64,000 nucleotides of DNA from Macrostomum hystrix (taxonomy: Eukaryota > Animalia > Platyhelminthes): positions 8,494,001 to 8,558,000 of the forward strand of contig CATNEN010000029.1 of assembly GCA_950097015.1 (NCBI GenBank). Direction: 5' to 3'. Position numbers and translations under genes: made by a program. This document shows, in pieces, positions 42,701 to 53,600 of the stretch (its first letter is position 1; every line of letters begins with the position of its first letter). The notes beneath the pieces were generated by a model, which saw only the letters and a list, made by a program, of their open reading frames with translations, was not told the origin of the DNA and made no database searches.

Positions 42701-44346
42701 CAGTTTAGCAAGAATCTAATGCAGTTTAGCAAGAGTCTAATGCAGTTTAGCAAGAATCTAATTCAGTTTAGCAAGATTCTTTGCAGTTTAGCAAGAATCT
42801 AATGCAGTTTAGCAAGAGTCTAATGCAGTTTAGCAAGAATCTAATGCAGTTTAGCAAGAATCTAATGCAGTTTAGCAAGAATCTAATGCAGTTTAGCAAG
42901 AATCTAATGCAGTTTAGCAAGAATCTAATGCAGTAGAGCAAGACTCTAATGCAGTTTAGCAAGAATCTAATTCAGTTTAGCAAGAGTCTAATGCAGTTTA
43001 GCAAGAATCTAATGCAGTTTAGCAAGAATCTAATGCAGTTTAGCAAGAATCTAATGCAGTTTAGCAAGAATCTAATGCAGTTTAGCAAGAATCTAATGCA
43101 GTTTAGCAAGAATCTAATGCAGTTTAGCAAGAATCTAATGCAGTAGAGCAAGACTCTAATGCAGTTTAGCAAGAATCTAATTCAGTTTAGCAAGAGTCTA
43201 GTGCAGTTTAGCAAGAATCTAATGCAGTAGAGCAAGACTCTAATGCAGTTTAGCAAGAATCTAATTCAGTTTAGCAAGAGTCTAATGCAGTTTAGCAAGA
43301 ATCTAATTCAGTTTAGCAAGAGTCTAATGCAGTTTAGCAAGAGTCTAATGCAGTTTAGCAAGAGTCTAATGCAGTTTAGCAAGAGTCTAATGCAGTTTAG
43401 CAAGAGTCTAATGCAGTTTAGCAAGATTCTTTGCAGTTTAGCAAGAGTCTAATGCAGTTTAGCAAGAGTCTAATGCAGTTTAGCAAGAGTCTAATGCAGT
43501 TTAGCAAGATTCTTTGCAGTTTAGCAAGAATCTAATGCAGTTTAGCAAGAGTCTAATGCAGTTTAGCAAGAATCTAATTCAGTTTAGCAAGATTCTTTGC
43601 AGTTTAGCAAGAATCTAATGCAGTTTAGCAAGAGTCTAATGCAGTTTAGCAAGAATCTAATTCAGTTTAGCAAGATTCTTTGCAGTTTAGCAAGAGTCTA
43701 ATGCAGTTTAGCAAGATTCTTTGCAGTTTAGCAAGAGTCTAATGCAGTTTAGCAAGAGTCTAATGCAGTTTAGCAAGAGTCTAATGCAGTTTAGCAAGAA
43801 TCTAATTCAGTTTAGCAAGAGTCTAATGCAGTTTAGCAAGAGTCTAATGCAGTTTAGCAAGAGTCTAATGCAGTTTAGCAAGAGTCTAATGCAGTTTAGC
43901 AAGAGTCTAATGCAGTTTAGCAAGATTCTTTGCAGTTTAGCAAGAGTCTAATGCAGTTTAGCAAGAGTCTAATGCAGTTTAGCAAGAGTCTAATGCAGTT
44001 TAGCAAGATTCTTTGCAGTTTAGCAAGAATCTAATGCAGTTTAGCAAGAGTCTAATGCAGTTTAGCAAGAATCTAATTCAGTTTAGCAAGATTCTTTGCA
44101 GTTTAGCAAGAATCTAATGCAGTTTAGCAAGAGTCTAATGCAGTTTAGCAAGAATCTAATTCAGTTTAGCAAGATTCTTTGCAGTTTAGCAAGAATCTAA
44201 TGCAGTTTAGCAAGAGTCTAATGCAGTTTAGCAAGAATCTAATTCAGTTTAGCAAGATTCTTTGCAGTTTAGCAAGAATCTAATGCAGTTTAGCAAGAAT
44301 CTAATGCAGTTTAGCAAGAATCTAATGCAGTTTAGCAAGAATCTAA
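39748..44346. repeat. 4.6-kb 21-bp satellite (GCAGTTTAGCAAGA[G/A]TCTAAT)n, about 220 copies, with 20-bp variants and higher-order blocks
   Basis: Continuous array with variants AAGATTCTTT (20-mer) and TAATTCAG, plus rare marker variants that recur. Confidence 0.97.
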
Positions 44347-44533
44347 TCTTTGAAAAGTTGATTGTTGAATTTAATTTACAAACAAGTAAACTAAATTTTT
44401 TGAAGTAACAAAAATATTACTAGCCTTAGAAAGTCAGAACCAACGAGAGTCAGAGCATTCAGTATAATTAGTAACAAAAATATTACGAGCCTACGTGAGT
44501 CAGGACCTACGAGAGCCATGAAGACTACGAGAG

Positions 44534-46366
44534 TCAGAACCAGAAGCTAACGCTGAGGCTGCAGGAGAGGCTGCGCACGTGGTGCCACCAGCCCGCCGGG
44601 ATGAACAGCATCTCGCCGGGCCCCAGCTTAGCCAGCAGTTCGGTGGCACCCGCAAAGTCGGGGAATTTCTCCAGGTCCGGCTGTTCAACATCGACGCGGC
44701 TGGTGCCGGCGAGCAGGTTGGCGCCACCGACCGGGTACAGGCGATCGGCCTGGTCGGCGGGGTAGAGCCTGACGGCTTTGAAGCCGCGCACCTGGCACAG
44801 CAGATTCGGCCGAGGATCCTGGTGGCAGGGGGAGACGGTGTGAGGCGGCCCGAACCAGCAGTTGATGTCGGGCTCGGAGTCGCCCAAGCAGCAGTAGTCG
44901 GGCACGTCGGTGTCCTTGCCCAGGTCTGGCAGCTGATCCAGCAGGCCGTGCTGAGCCAGGTAGCCGCAGGGCAATATTTCGCAGGCGTGGCGACCGCCGG
45001 CTACGGCCGCAGCGCAGCGGGGCGCTACCAGGCGGCGGTGAAACTCGCCGAACGGCATCAGCTGCTGGCCCCAGTCGTCGTCAGTGTAGCGGGAGCCGAT
45101 TTCGATCTAAATCGGCACGTCACGAAAAAACGTGTACAATAATAGTCTGATCAAACACACAATGTCTGCCGAAATTACAGATCTAAATAGCCGCTGCAAT
45201 AATTCTATCAAATAGTTGGTATTTCTTGAGTGGCACAGCGGTCTAACGCGTTTGCCTCTCACACCAAGGTCCTGAGCTCGAATCAGCGGCGAGGCCACAT
45301 CCATTTTGGGCGCAGCCGCGGAGAGAAGGCTTGGGGGCTCGTCGTGCAATTTACGCCCTTGAGGGCCAACCTCCAAGGCACAGTTAAATGTACACTGCCT
45401 GACGATTAGAAAGTCAGGGCAGATGTACACACCTGTGTGAGCGTATGCCTGCGTACAGTATCTGAGTGCCTGTGCTCAAGAGTCAGTGAAATGGGCAGAA
45501 TTGCCACCTCGCTGGCTGCGGGTCTAGTGTCACCAAATGATGTGCCACTGCCTGCAGCCCCACTGCAATTATTATTATTTTATTATGACTTTATGCAGTC
45601 TGTGGTGCGTCAAGCACCTGGTACATGGCCTTATTCAGCCAATGCCAAGCTCAGCAGAGGGTCTCACCGGAACTGTTCGGTAGCCCCAGTGGTCCAGCAA
45701 GTACTGCCAGCTCCAGCGCTGCATAGCGGGCCAGTGGTCCATGGCGCCGCACACAATGACCGGCTCAGTGAGGCTGACGAACTGCTCCAGCGAGGGTCGC
45801 GTAAGACGAGCCACCGATCGGCCGTTGGCCGGCCCGGCTGCTGAAGGCCAAGAATCGTCGGCATTTTCCAGTGCGGCGGAGCAGATGCAAGGCTGGCAGG
45901 CAGGCGGCGCGGGCAGTCGGACGTGCAGGCGTTCTGCTAGGCCGGCCAGCCCCTGCAGCGGGTGGCCCAGAAGGAGTCCGCGGTCGCAGACAGCCAGGAG
46001 GTCTCGCAGGCGCGCTTCGTCAAGCTGAGAAGCGAGCTGGCCGAGCCAGGCGGCCATGAAGGCCAGGCGGGCGTACAGTCGGCGCCAGAACATCGGAGTG
46101 TCCTTCCAGTGGCCGCTGTGCAGCCGGTTCCAGGCCAGCTCCTGCAGCCGTTGACAATCGCCGGACAGTGTCTGCTTATTGTCGTCATCATCGGCTACAG
46201 GCGCCGACGCTGCAGCACCGAATCGGTTGAACAGTCCGTAGAATTCGTGCAGCGCAAGCGGTGCCACATCGGCGTCGGACGATGGAAAGTCGACACAGCT
46301 GGACAGGAAAGTCTCCAACAGCTGGTCTGGCTGGAATGGAGAAAGGTCACAGTTTCGAATCTCAGC
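44534..46366 (-). CDS. KDM8: JmjC-domain protein 5 (KDM8/JMJD5), 2 exons, no in-frame genomic ATG at the 5' end
   Basis: Exon 46366-45668 (AEIRNC..LAWNRLHSGHWKDTPMFWRRLY..CDRGLLLGHP..PSLEQF..AMDHWPAMQRWS..GYRTVP) and exon 45106-44534 (IEIGSRYTDDDWGQQLM..YLAQHGLLDQLPDL..VPDYC..NCWFGP..SPCHQDP..GEMLFIPAGWWHHVRSL..SVSFWF*). The H-x-D...H iron triad is intact. Confidence 0.93.
45228..45575 (+). mobile_element. SINE family 1, full-length, in the JMJD5 intron
   Basis: GAGTGGCACAGCGGTCTAACGCGTTTGCCTCTC..GAGCTCGAATC; 3' end GTGTCACCAAATGATGTGCCACTGCC..CAATTATTATT. Confidence 0.92.
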
Positions 46367-46384
46367 CTAAGTAAGGGGATACTA

Positions 46385-46490
46385 TTTGTGCCTTTGAGCA
46401 CCCCAGTGCTTCAGTTCATCCAGCTGTAAAATGTGTACCGTTAGCGTCTGAGTGTGGCGGCCACCCCAGTCCGCGGACTGTACAGATATG
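46385..46490 (+). mobile_element. SINE family 2, core fragment just upstream of the JMJD5 acceptor
   Basis: GTGCCTTTGAGCA..GTGCTTCAGTTCATCCAGCTGTAAAATGTGTACC..GTGTGGCGGCCACCCCAGTCCGCGGACTG. Confidence 0.7.
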
Positions 46491-47021
46491 TACATCTCTG
46501 GAGCGCTTCGCAATATTCTATGCAGAAAAATAAATCTGGGACTACCAAAATCAGGTAAGTGGTCTCAGATAAGAGTATACTCATACTCAAGTCAGCTAAA
46601 ATGCAAAACTAAACTTTCAGTCAAGATTTGGGGAAAACTTCTGTGGTTTTTATCACTAACCTATCCCACACTACTACAAGTAGGGTAGTAGGGTACTTTT
46701 ATGAGCAACGAGCTACATCATATTTGAAAACACAATCTAAGCACAACATATTTTTCCACCTCTTTTAGTTGCAATAAAATAATTATTTAAGACACATGGA
46801 CATGAAAGAAAGCCTTGCCGTCAGATTTCTAGGAAATTATATGAAAATAACAAATAACGAAAACATTATTATTTTTATTTAAATTAATTTAATCACAATA
46901 CAAAAACAGGTTCAAATTATTTTTTTAAGCGGAGAATTTCTAAAAAATATGATAGCTCTCGAAATGTTGACAAACACATTTTTTGTAATCGTTAATCATT
47001 TTTATTAAAAACCGGCGAGGA

Positions 47022-47312
47022 GTCCCGCGTATGACCCCCGAGTCATGCGTATGACCCCCGAGTCATGCGTATGACCTCCGAGCCATGCGTATGACCTCCG
47101 AGCCATGCGTATGACCTCCGAGTAATGCGTATGACCTTCGAGTCCCGCGTATGACCTCCGAGTTCGTCGCATGACCTCCGATTCATGCGCATGACCTCGG
47201 AGTCCCGGGTATGACCCCCGAGTCCCGCTTATGACCCCCGAGTCCCGCTTATAACCTCCGAGTCCCGGGGTCGCGGGTATGACCTCCGAGTCCTAGATGG
47301 GACCCCTGAGTC
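47022..47312. repeat. 20-bp degenerate minisatellite (CGCGTATGACCTCCGAGTCC)n
   Basis: Between the giant gene and JMJD5. Confidence 0.9.
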
Positions 47313-47608
47313 CTGGTAGATGATTCTGACATGGCTGATTGAATTGCACAAAAGCATTAGGCATCAAAATAAAGGATTTTAAAATATGAATTTAGATAAA
47401 AAATTTAGGTCTGAAAATTATTCTGACTGACATCAATTGAATGCAAAAATATGCACACGTGAATTAATTCGAGTTTAAAATGCATTTTTTGTAAATCTGA
47501 ACTAGAAAAGTTGAAGAAAAATCTATAAATATTATCGATTCGCCGTCGAAAATGAGTAAATCTAAAACATGTGTGAAAGAGGTAATAAAATTTGGACAGT
47601 GATTATGA

Positions 47609-50600
47609 TTAGGAAACACAAAAGTAGTCGGCACATATTCGAAAAATCTAAATAACATCTCGGACTGAAAACAATAGGCAATCGAAATTTGTCCGATTTA
47701 GCAAAAGAAGAAAACCGGATGGAAAAAAAGTTATTTTGTTAACACTTGCGATCGACTTTTTTTCAACTCACGCCGAAAGCAACCTCGAAATGGCTGGGCA
47801 AAGCGTCGAATGCCTCTCGCTGACAGCGGGCAAGTGCTCTGCAATGAGAAATGTGAGACTCAGAATTATTCTAACATCGTGTATGACTTCTGAGTCCTCA
47901 GTGTGACTCTTGAGTCCTCAGTGTGACTCTTGAGTCCTCAGTGTGACTCTTGAGTCCTCAGTGTGACTCTTGAGTCCTCAGTGTGACTCTTGAGTCCTCA
48001 GTGTGACTCTCGAGTCCTCAGTGTGACTCTTGAGTCCTCAGTGTGACTCTTGAGTCTTCAGTGTGACTCTTGAGTCCTCAGTGTGACTCTTGAGTCCTCA
48101 GTGTGACTCTTGAGTCCTCAGTGTGACTTCTGAGTCCTCAGTGTGACTTTTGAGTCCTCAGTGTGACTCTTGAGTCCTCAGTGTGACTCTTGAGTCCTCA
48201 TGTATGACCTCAGAGAGTTTTAAGTTTTTTAACTCTGAGTCCCTAGTGTGGGAATTTTTGCGCAATCATAATTATTACGATGAAAAAAAAATTGTTTTAA
48301 AATTAGAAAATGAATTTCTAAACAAATAAATCACGTAATCGATAATCGATCATTTGTAGCGGGTGCAGTTACAAGCTACTTAGCATCCTGGCATCAGGCC
48401 ACTTATCAGGCGCCAAATTATCTTACTCAAATTCAGCTCAAAATGCCGCGGCTACAATGGGCAACAGCCGCGGTGCAGTGTGCGAGCGAAGGCTGCAGCC
48501 AAAGCAGAACCCTGAAATAAATTTTCATCTAAGTTTAGCTGAGTTCAGGGGGTCAGTGGCAGAGCGGTCAACGCGTTTGCCTCTCGCATTAACTTTCCTG
48601 AGCTCGATTCCGCGGCGAGGCCACATTCATTTGAGGCGCAACCGTGAAAAGAATGCAGGGTTTTGTCGTGCAATTGACGCCCTTGTGGGCGAACCTCCAA
48701 GGTACAGTGGAAGTGCACACTGCCGGACGATGAGAAAGTCAGGGCAGATGTACACACCTGGGTGAGCGTGCTTTTTAACAAAAGCAGCCGTCTTTGAGAT
48801 GCCGATCTGGTGCTGTTGTTGAAGGTCTCCGTGGTCGCCGCCGATGCTCCAGACGGGCGATGAAGGGGACCCTGGTGACTGGGATGCTGAGAACAAAGGT
48901 CCCAGCGACTGATTGACCTAGTGGGTGTGTACCTTTTATTTCAAAATCAAGATCTTACCTTAGGACGCTCATTATCATGTTCATCACCATCTTCATCGGG
49001 CTCCATCGGCTGAATGTCAGCGGCAATGGTAGTTTCTCTAGGCTGATTACTGAAACAGAAAAAAATGTTTTTTTACTAAAACCAGTAACAAAGTGATCTT
49101 AGGCCGATATATATAAACATATATATCTATTTAACTTACTGAGAAGTTTGCATCAAATTCTCAGAATAACCAATTGCTTCTCTAGGGTCAGAAGACTCGA
49201 CTACAGAACGTGTTGCAGAATATCTTACTGACGAATGACCACTGCAGGATGCTGTAATATGGACACTGCTTGAATTATCTTCCAATGATGCCTCTCTACT
49301 ATGTTCTTTGCTTGTGGATCGTAAGTGATCTCCACACGGGTGCTCAGTAGACCCTTTTATTGTCGGATTGTCGAGTATGGTCTTATCATTTGTAGTCAGA
49401 CGAGAACTGACACTGCACCTTTTGTGACACGCAGGTATATCATTCTCCATATCTTCAGGACAGTTCTCGGAGTTATTGTTAAGATAAGTTCCTAATTTCA
49501 AGTCTTTGGCTCTCACGAAATCATTCGCCTCATCAGTGCCGGAGTCATTCAACTCATCAGCTCTCACGGAATCATTCGCCTCATCAGTGCCGGAGTCCTT
49601 CAACTCATCAGCTCTCACGGAATCATTCGCCTCATCAGTGCTGGAGTCCTTCAACTCATCAGCTCTCACGGAATCATTCGCCTCATCAGTGCCGGAGTCC
49701 TTCAACTCATCAGCTCTCACGGAATCATTCGCCTCATCAGTGCCGGAGTCCTTCAACTCATCTGCTCTCACGAAATCATTCGCCTCATCAGTGCCGGAGT
49801 CCTTCAACTCATCAGCTCTCACGGAATCATTCGCCTCACCAGTGCCGGAGTCCTTCAACTCATCAGCTCTCACGGAATCATTCGCCTCATCAGTGCCGGA
49901 GTCCTTCAACTCATCAGCTCTCACGGAATCATTCGCCTCATCAGTGCCGGAGTCCTTCAACTCATCAGCTCTCACGGAATCATTCGCCTCATCAGTGCCG
50001 GAGTCCTTCAACTCATCAGCTCTCACGGAATCATTCGCCTCATCAGTGCTGGAGTCCTTCAACTCATCAGCTCTCACGGAATCATTCGCCTCATCAGTGC
50101 CGGAGTCCTTCAACTCATCTGCTCTCACGAAATCATTCGCCTCATCAGTGCCGGAGTCCTTTAACTCATCAGCTCTCACGGAATCATTCGCCTCATCAGT
50201 GCCGGAGTCCTTCAACTCATCAGCTCTCACGGAATCATTCGCCTCATCAGTGCCGGAGTCCTTCAACTCATCAGCTCTCACGGAATCATTCGCCTCACCA
50301 GTGCCGGAGTCCTTCAACTCATCAGCTCTCACGGAATCATTCGCCTCATCAGTGCCGGAGTCCTTCAACTCATCAGCTCTCACGGAATCATTCGCCTCAT
50401 CAGTGCTGGAGTCCTTCAACTCATCAGCTCTCACGGAATCATTCGCCTCATCAGTGCTGGAGTCCTTCAACTCATCAGCTCTCACGGAATCATTCGCCTC
50501 ATCAGTGCCGGAGTCCTTCAACTCATCAGCTCTCACGGAATCATTCGCCTCATCAGTGCCGGAGTCCTTCAACTCATCAGCTCTCACGGAATCATTCGCC

Positions 50601-53600
50601 TCATCAGTGCTGGAGTCCTTCAACTCATCAGCTCTCACGGAATCATTCGCCTCATCAGTGCCGGAGTCCTTCAACTCATCAGCTCTCACGGAATCATTCG
50701 CCTCATCGGTGCCGGAGTCCTTCAACTCATCAGCTCTCACGGAATCATTCGCCTCATCAGTGCCGGAGTCCTTCAACTCATCAGCTCTCACGGAAACATT
50801 CGCCTCACCAGTGCCGGAGTCCTTCAACTCATCAGCTCTCACGGAATCATTCGCCTCATCAGTGCCGGAGTCCTTCAACTCATCAGCTCTCACGGAATCA
50901 TTCGCCTCATCAGTGCCGGAGTCCTTCAACTCATCAGCTCTCACGGAATCATTCGCCTCATCAGTGCCGGAGTCCTTCAACTCATCAGCTCTCACGGAAT
51001 CATTCGCCTCATCAGTGCCGGAGTCCTTCAACTCATCAGCTCTCACGGAATCATTCGCCTCATCAGTGCTGGAGTCCTTCAACTCATCAGCTCTCACGGA
51101 ATCATTCGCCTCATCAGTGCCGGAGTCCTTCAACTCATCAGCTCTCACGGAATCATTCGCCTCATCAGTGCCGGAGTCCTTCAACTCATCAGCTCTCACG
51201 GAATCATTCGCCTCATCAGTGCTGGAGTCCTTCAACTCATCAGCTCTCACGGAATCATTCGCCTCATCAGTGCCGGAGTCCTTCAACTCATCAGCTCTCA
51301 CGGAATCATTCGCCTCACCAGTGCCGGAGTCCTTCAACTCATCAGCTCTCACGGAATCATTCGCCTCATCAGTGCTGGAGTCCTTCAACTTATCAGCTCT
51401 CACGGAGTAATTCATATCTGACACGGACTCCCTTAAATCTGTCACGGAGTAACTTTCATTATCTGTCCCTGACTCCTTCGATTCCTGAGTTCTAATGGTA
51501 TCACTCGGATCATATTTCTGGAGCTCCTTTGGTCCCTCGGTTTTCAAGGAATAGTTCGCGTCATCTCTCAGAAGCTCTTTTGAGAAATCTGGTCTCACGG
51601 ATTCATTCGCCTCGTCCGTCACGAACTCCATCGGGTCATCTGCTCTCACAAACTCCATCGGGTCATCTGCTCTCACGAACTCCATCGGGTCATCTGCTCT
51701 CACGGACTCCATCGGGTCATCTGCTCTCATAAATTCCTTCGGGTCATCTGCTCTCATGGATTCATTCGCCTCATCCGTCGCGAGCTCTGCTTTCACTAAC
51801 TCTTTCGGGTCATCTGTTTTCACGTAGTGCTTTGAGTCATCTGTCCTCACAGAACCAACATATAACACGTCCTTACTGGCGAAGTCTTTTGTTTCCATAT
51901 TTGGTTCAGTACATTGTGTTGAATTATCTATCACGGAATATTTTTCTTTTTCTTTCCATGCATTTTCCAGTTCTATCTTAGTAAAATAACTATTAATAGT
52001 ATCATATTTGATTGAAGCTGTTTTTCTTGCGATTCTTTTGACGATACCGGCGCCACGCTTGCGAAATGCTGAATCTTCTGTTCCGATGCTCAAGTTATCA
52101 AAAGCCTCAACCAACAGTGGTTCGGGGCTTTCAGTGATAATACTGGAATCCTCATCAGCACAACCCTTTTGAGATGCTGAGCCTGCTCTTCTAACCATTG
52201 AATCTTCATCAGCAAAATCTGTCCTTATACTTGCGCGTTCATTGTAGCAACTCTCCGTTGATGCTGGACCTTCTGTTCCATTCGTAGAACCTTTATCAGA
52301 ATCATAGGCACAATATTTACAGGATTTTGAACATTCTGTTCTGAGGTTTGAATCCTCCTCACCATCCTTCTGTGATGGCTGATCGAATGTCCTAACAATC
52401 GAATCTTCATCAGAACTATTCTTCATCAGTGATGCACGATTATCTGCCAGTCCAATGCGATAATCTTTGATAGCACCATCCTTGAGCAATTTAGGGGTTT
52501 CTATTTTGATGCGTAGATCTTCATCAGCACATTCACTCAATGAGCAAAGACCATCCGTTCTGATGCTCGAATGTTTAGCAACATCATTTAATGATGCTAG
52601 ATATTCTGTACTAACAGTGGAATCTTCAGTGCAATTCTTAAGCGATGCTGGATTTGTTATACTGATGTTTAGATCGCTCTGATTTGTACATTTCAGCATT
52701 GTAGGAGGATGCAAGAGTGAGACTACTTTGGACTCAGGACTCGTAACATCGTCAGTTCCATTCCCTATAAATGACGACAAAGAATTGGATTTAGGACACA
52801 GAGCATCGTCAGCGCTTTTCACAGCAACTGACGGAGACTTGGATTCAGGACTTGAAGCATCACTGGCCCTGTTCACTACAGCTGACGGACACTTGGATTC
52901 AGGACTCGAAGCATCACTGACCCTGTTCACTACAGCTGACGGACACTTGGATTCAGGACTCGAATCATCACTGGCCGTGTTCACAGCAACTGACGGACAC
53001 TTGGATTCAGGACTCGAAGCATCACTGGCCCTGTTCACAGCAACTGACGGAGACTTGGATTCAGGACTCGAAGCATCACTGGCCCTGTTCACAGCAACTG
53101 ACGGACACTTGGATTCAGGACTCGAATCATCACTGGCCCTGTTCACAGCAACTGACGGAGACTTGGATTCAGGACTCGAAGCATCACTGTCCCTGTTCAC
53201 TACAGCTGAAGGACACTTGGATTCAGGACTCGAAGCATCGTCAGCGCTATTCACAGCAACTGACGGAAACTTCGATTCAGGACTCGAAGCATCACTGGCC
53301 ATGTTCACTACAGCTGACGGACACTTGGATTCAGGACTCGCAATACCATCAGCCCTGTTCACTGCAGCTGACGGAGACTTGGATTCAGGACTCGCAATAC
53401 CATCAGCCCTGTTCACTGCAGCTGACGGAGACTTGGATTCAGGACTCGAAGCATCACCAGCCCTGTTCACTTTAGCTGACGGAGACTTGGATTCAGGAGT
53501 CGCAATACCATCAGCACTGTTTACTGCAACGAACGGAGACTTGGATTCAACTCCCGAAGCATTATCAGTCCTGTTCACTGCAGCTAACGGAGACTTGGAT

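Noticed and set aside
39748-44346. CRISPR array or coding repeat (MQFSKNL / LNCIRFL ORFs)
   Set aside because: There are no unique spacers, the context is eukaryotic, and frequent 20-bp units break any frame.
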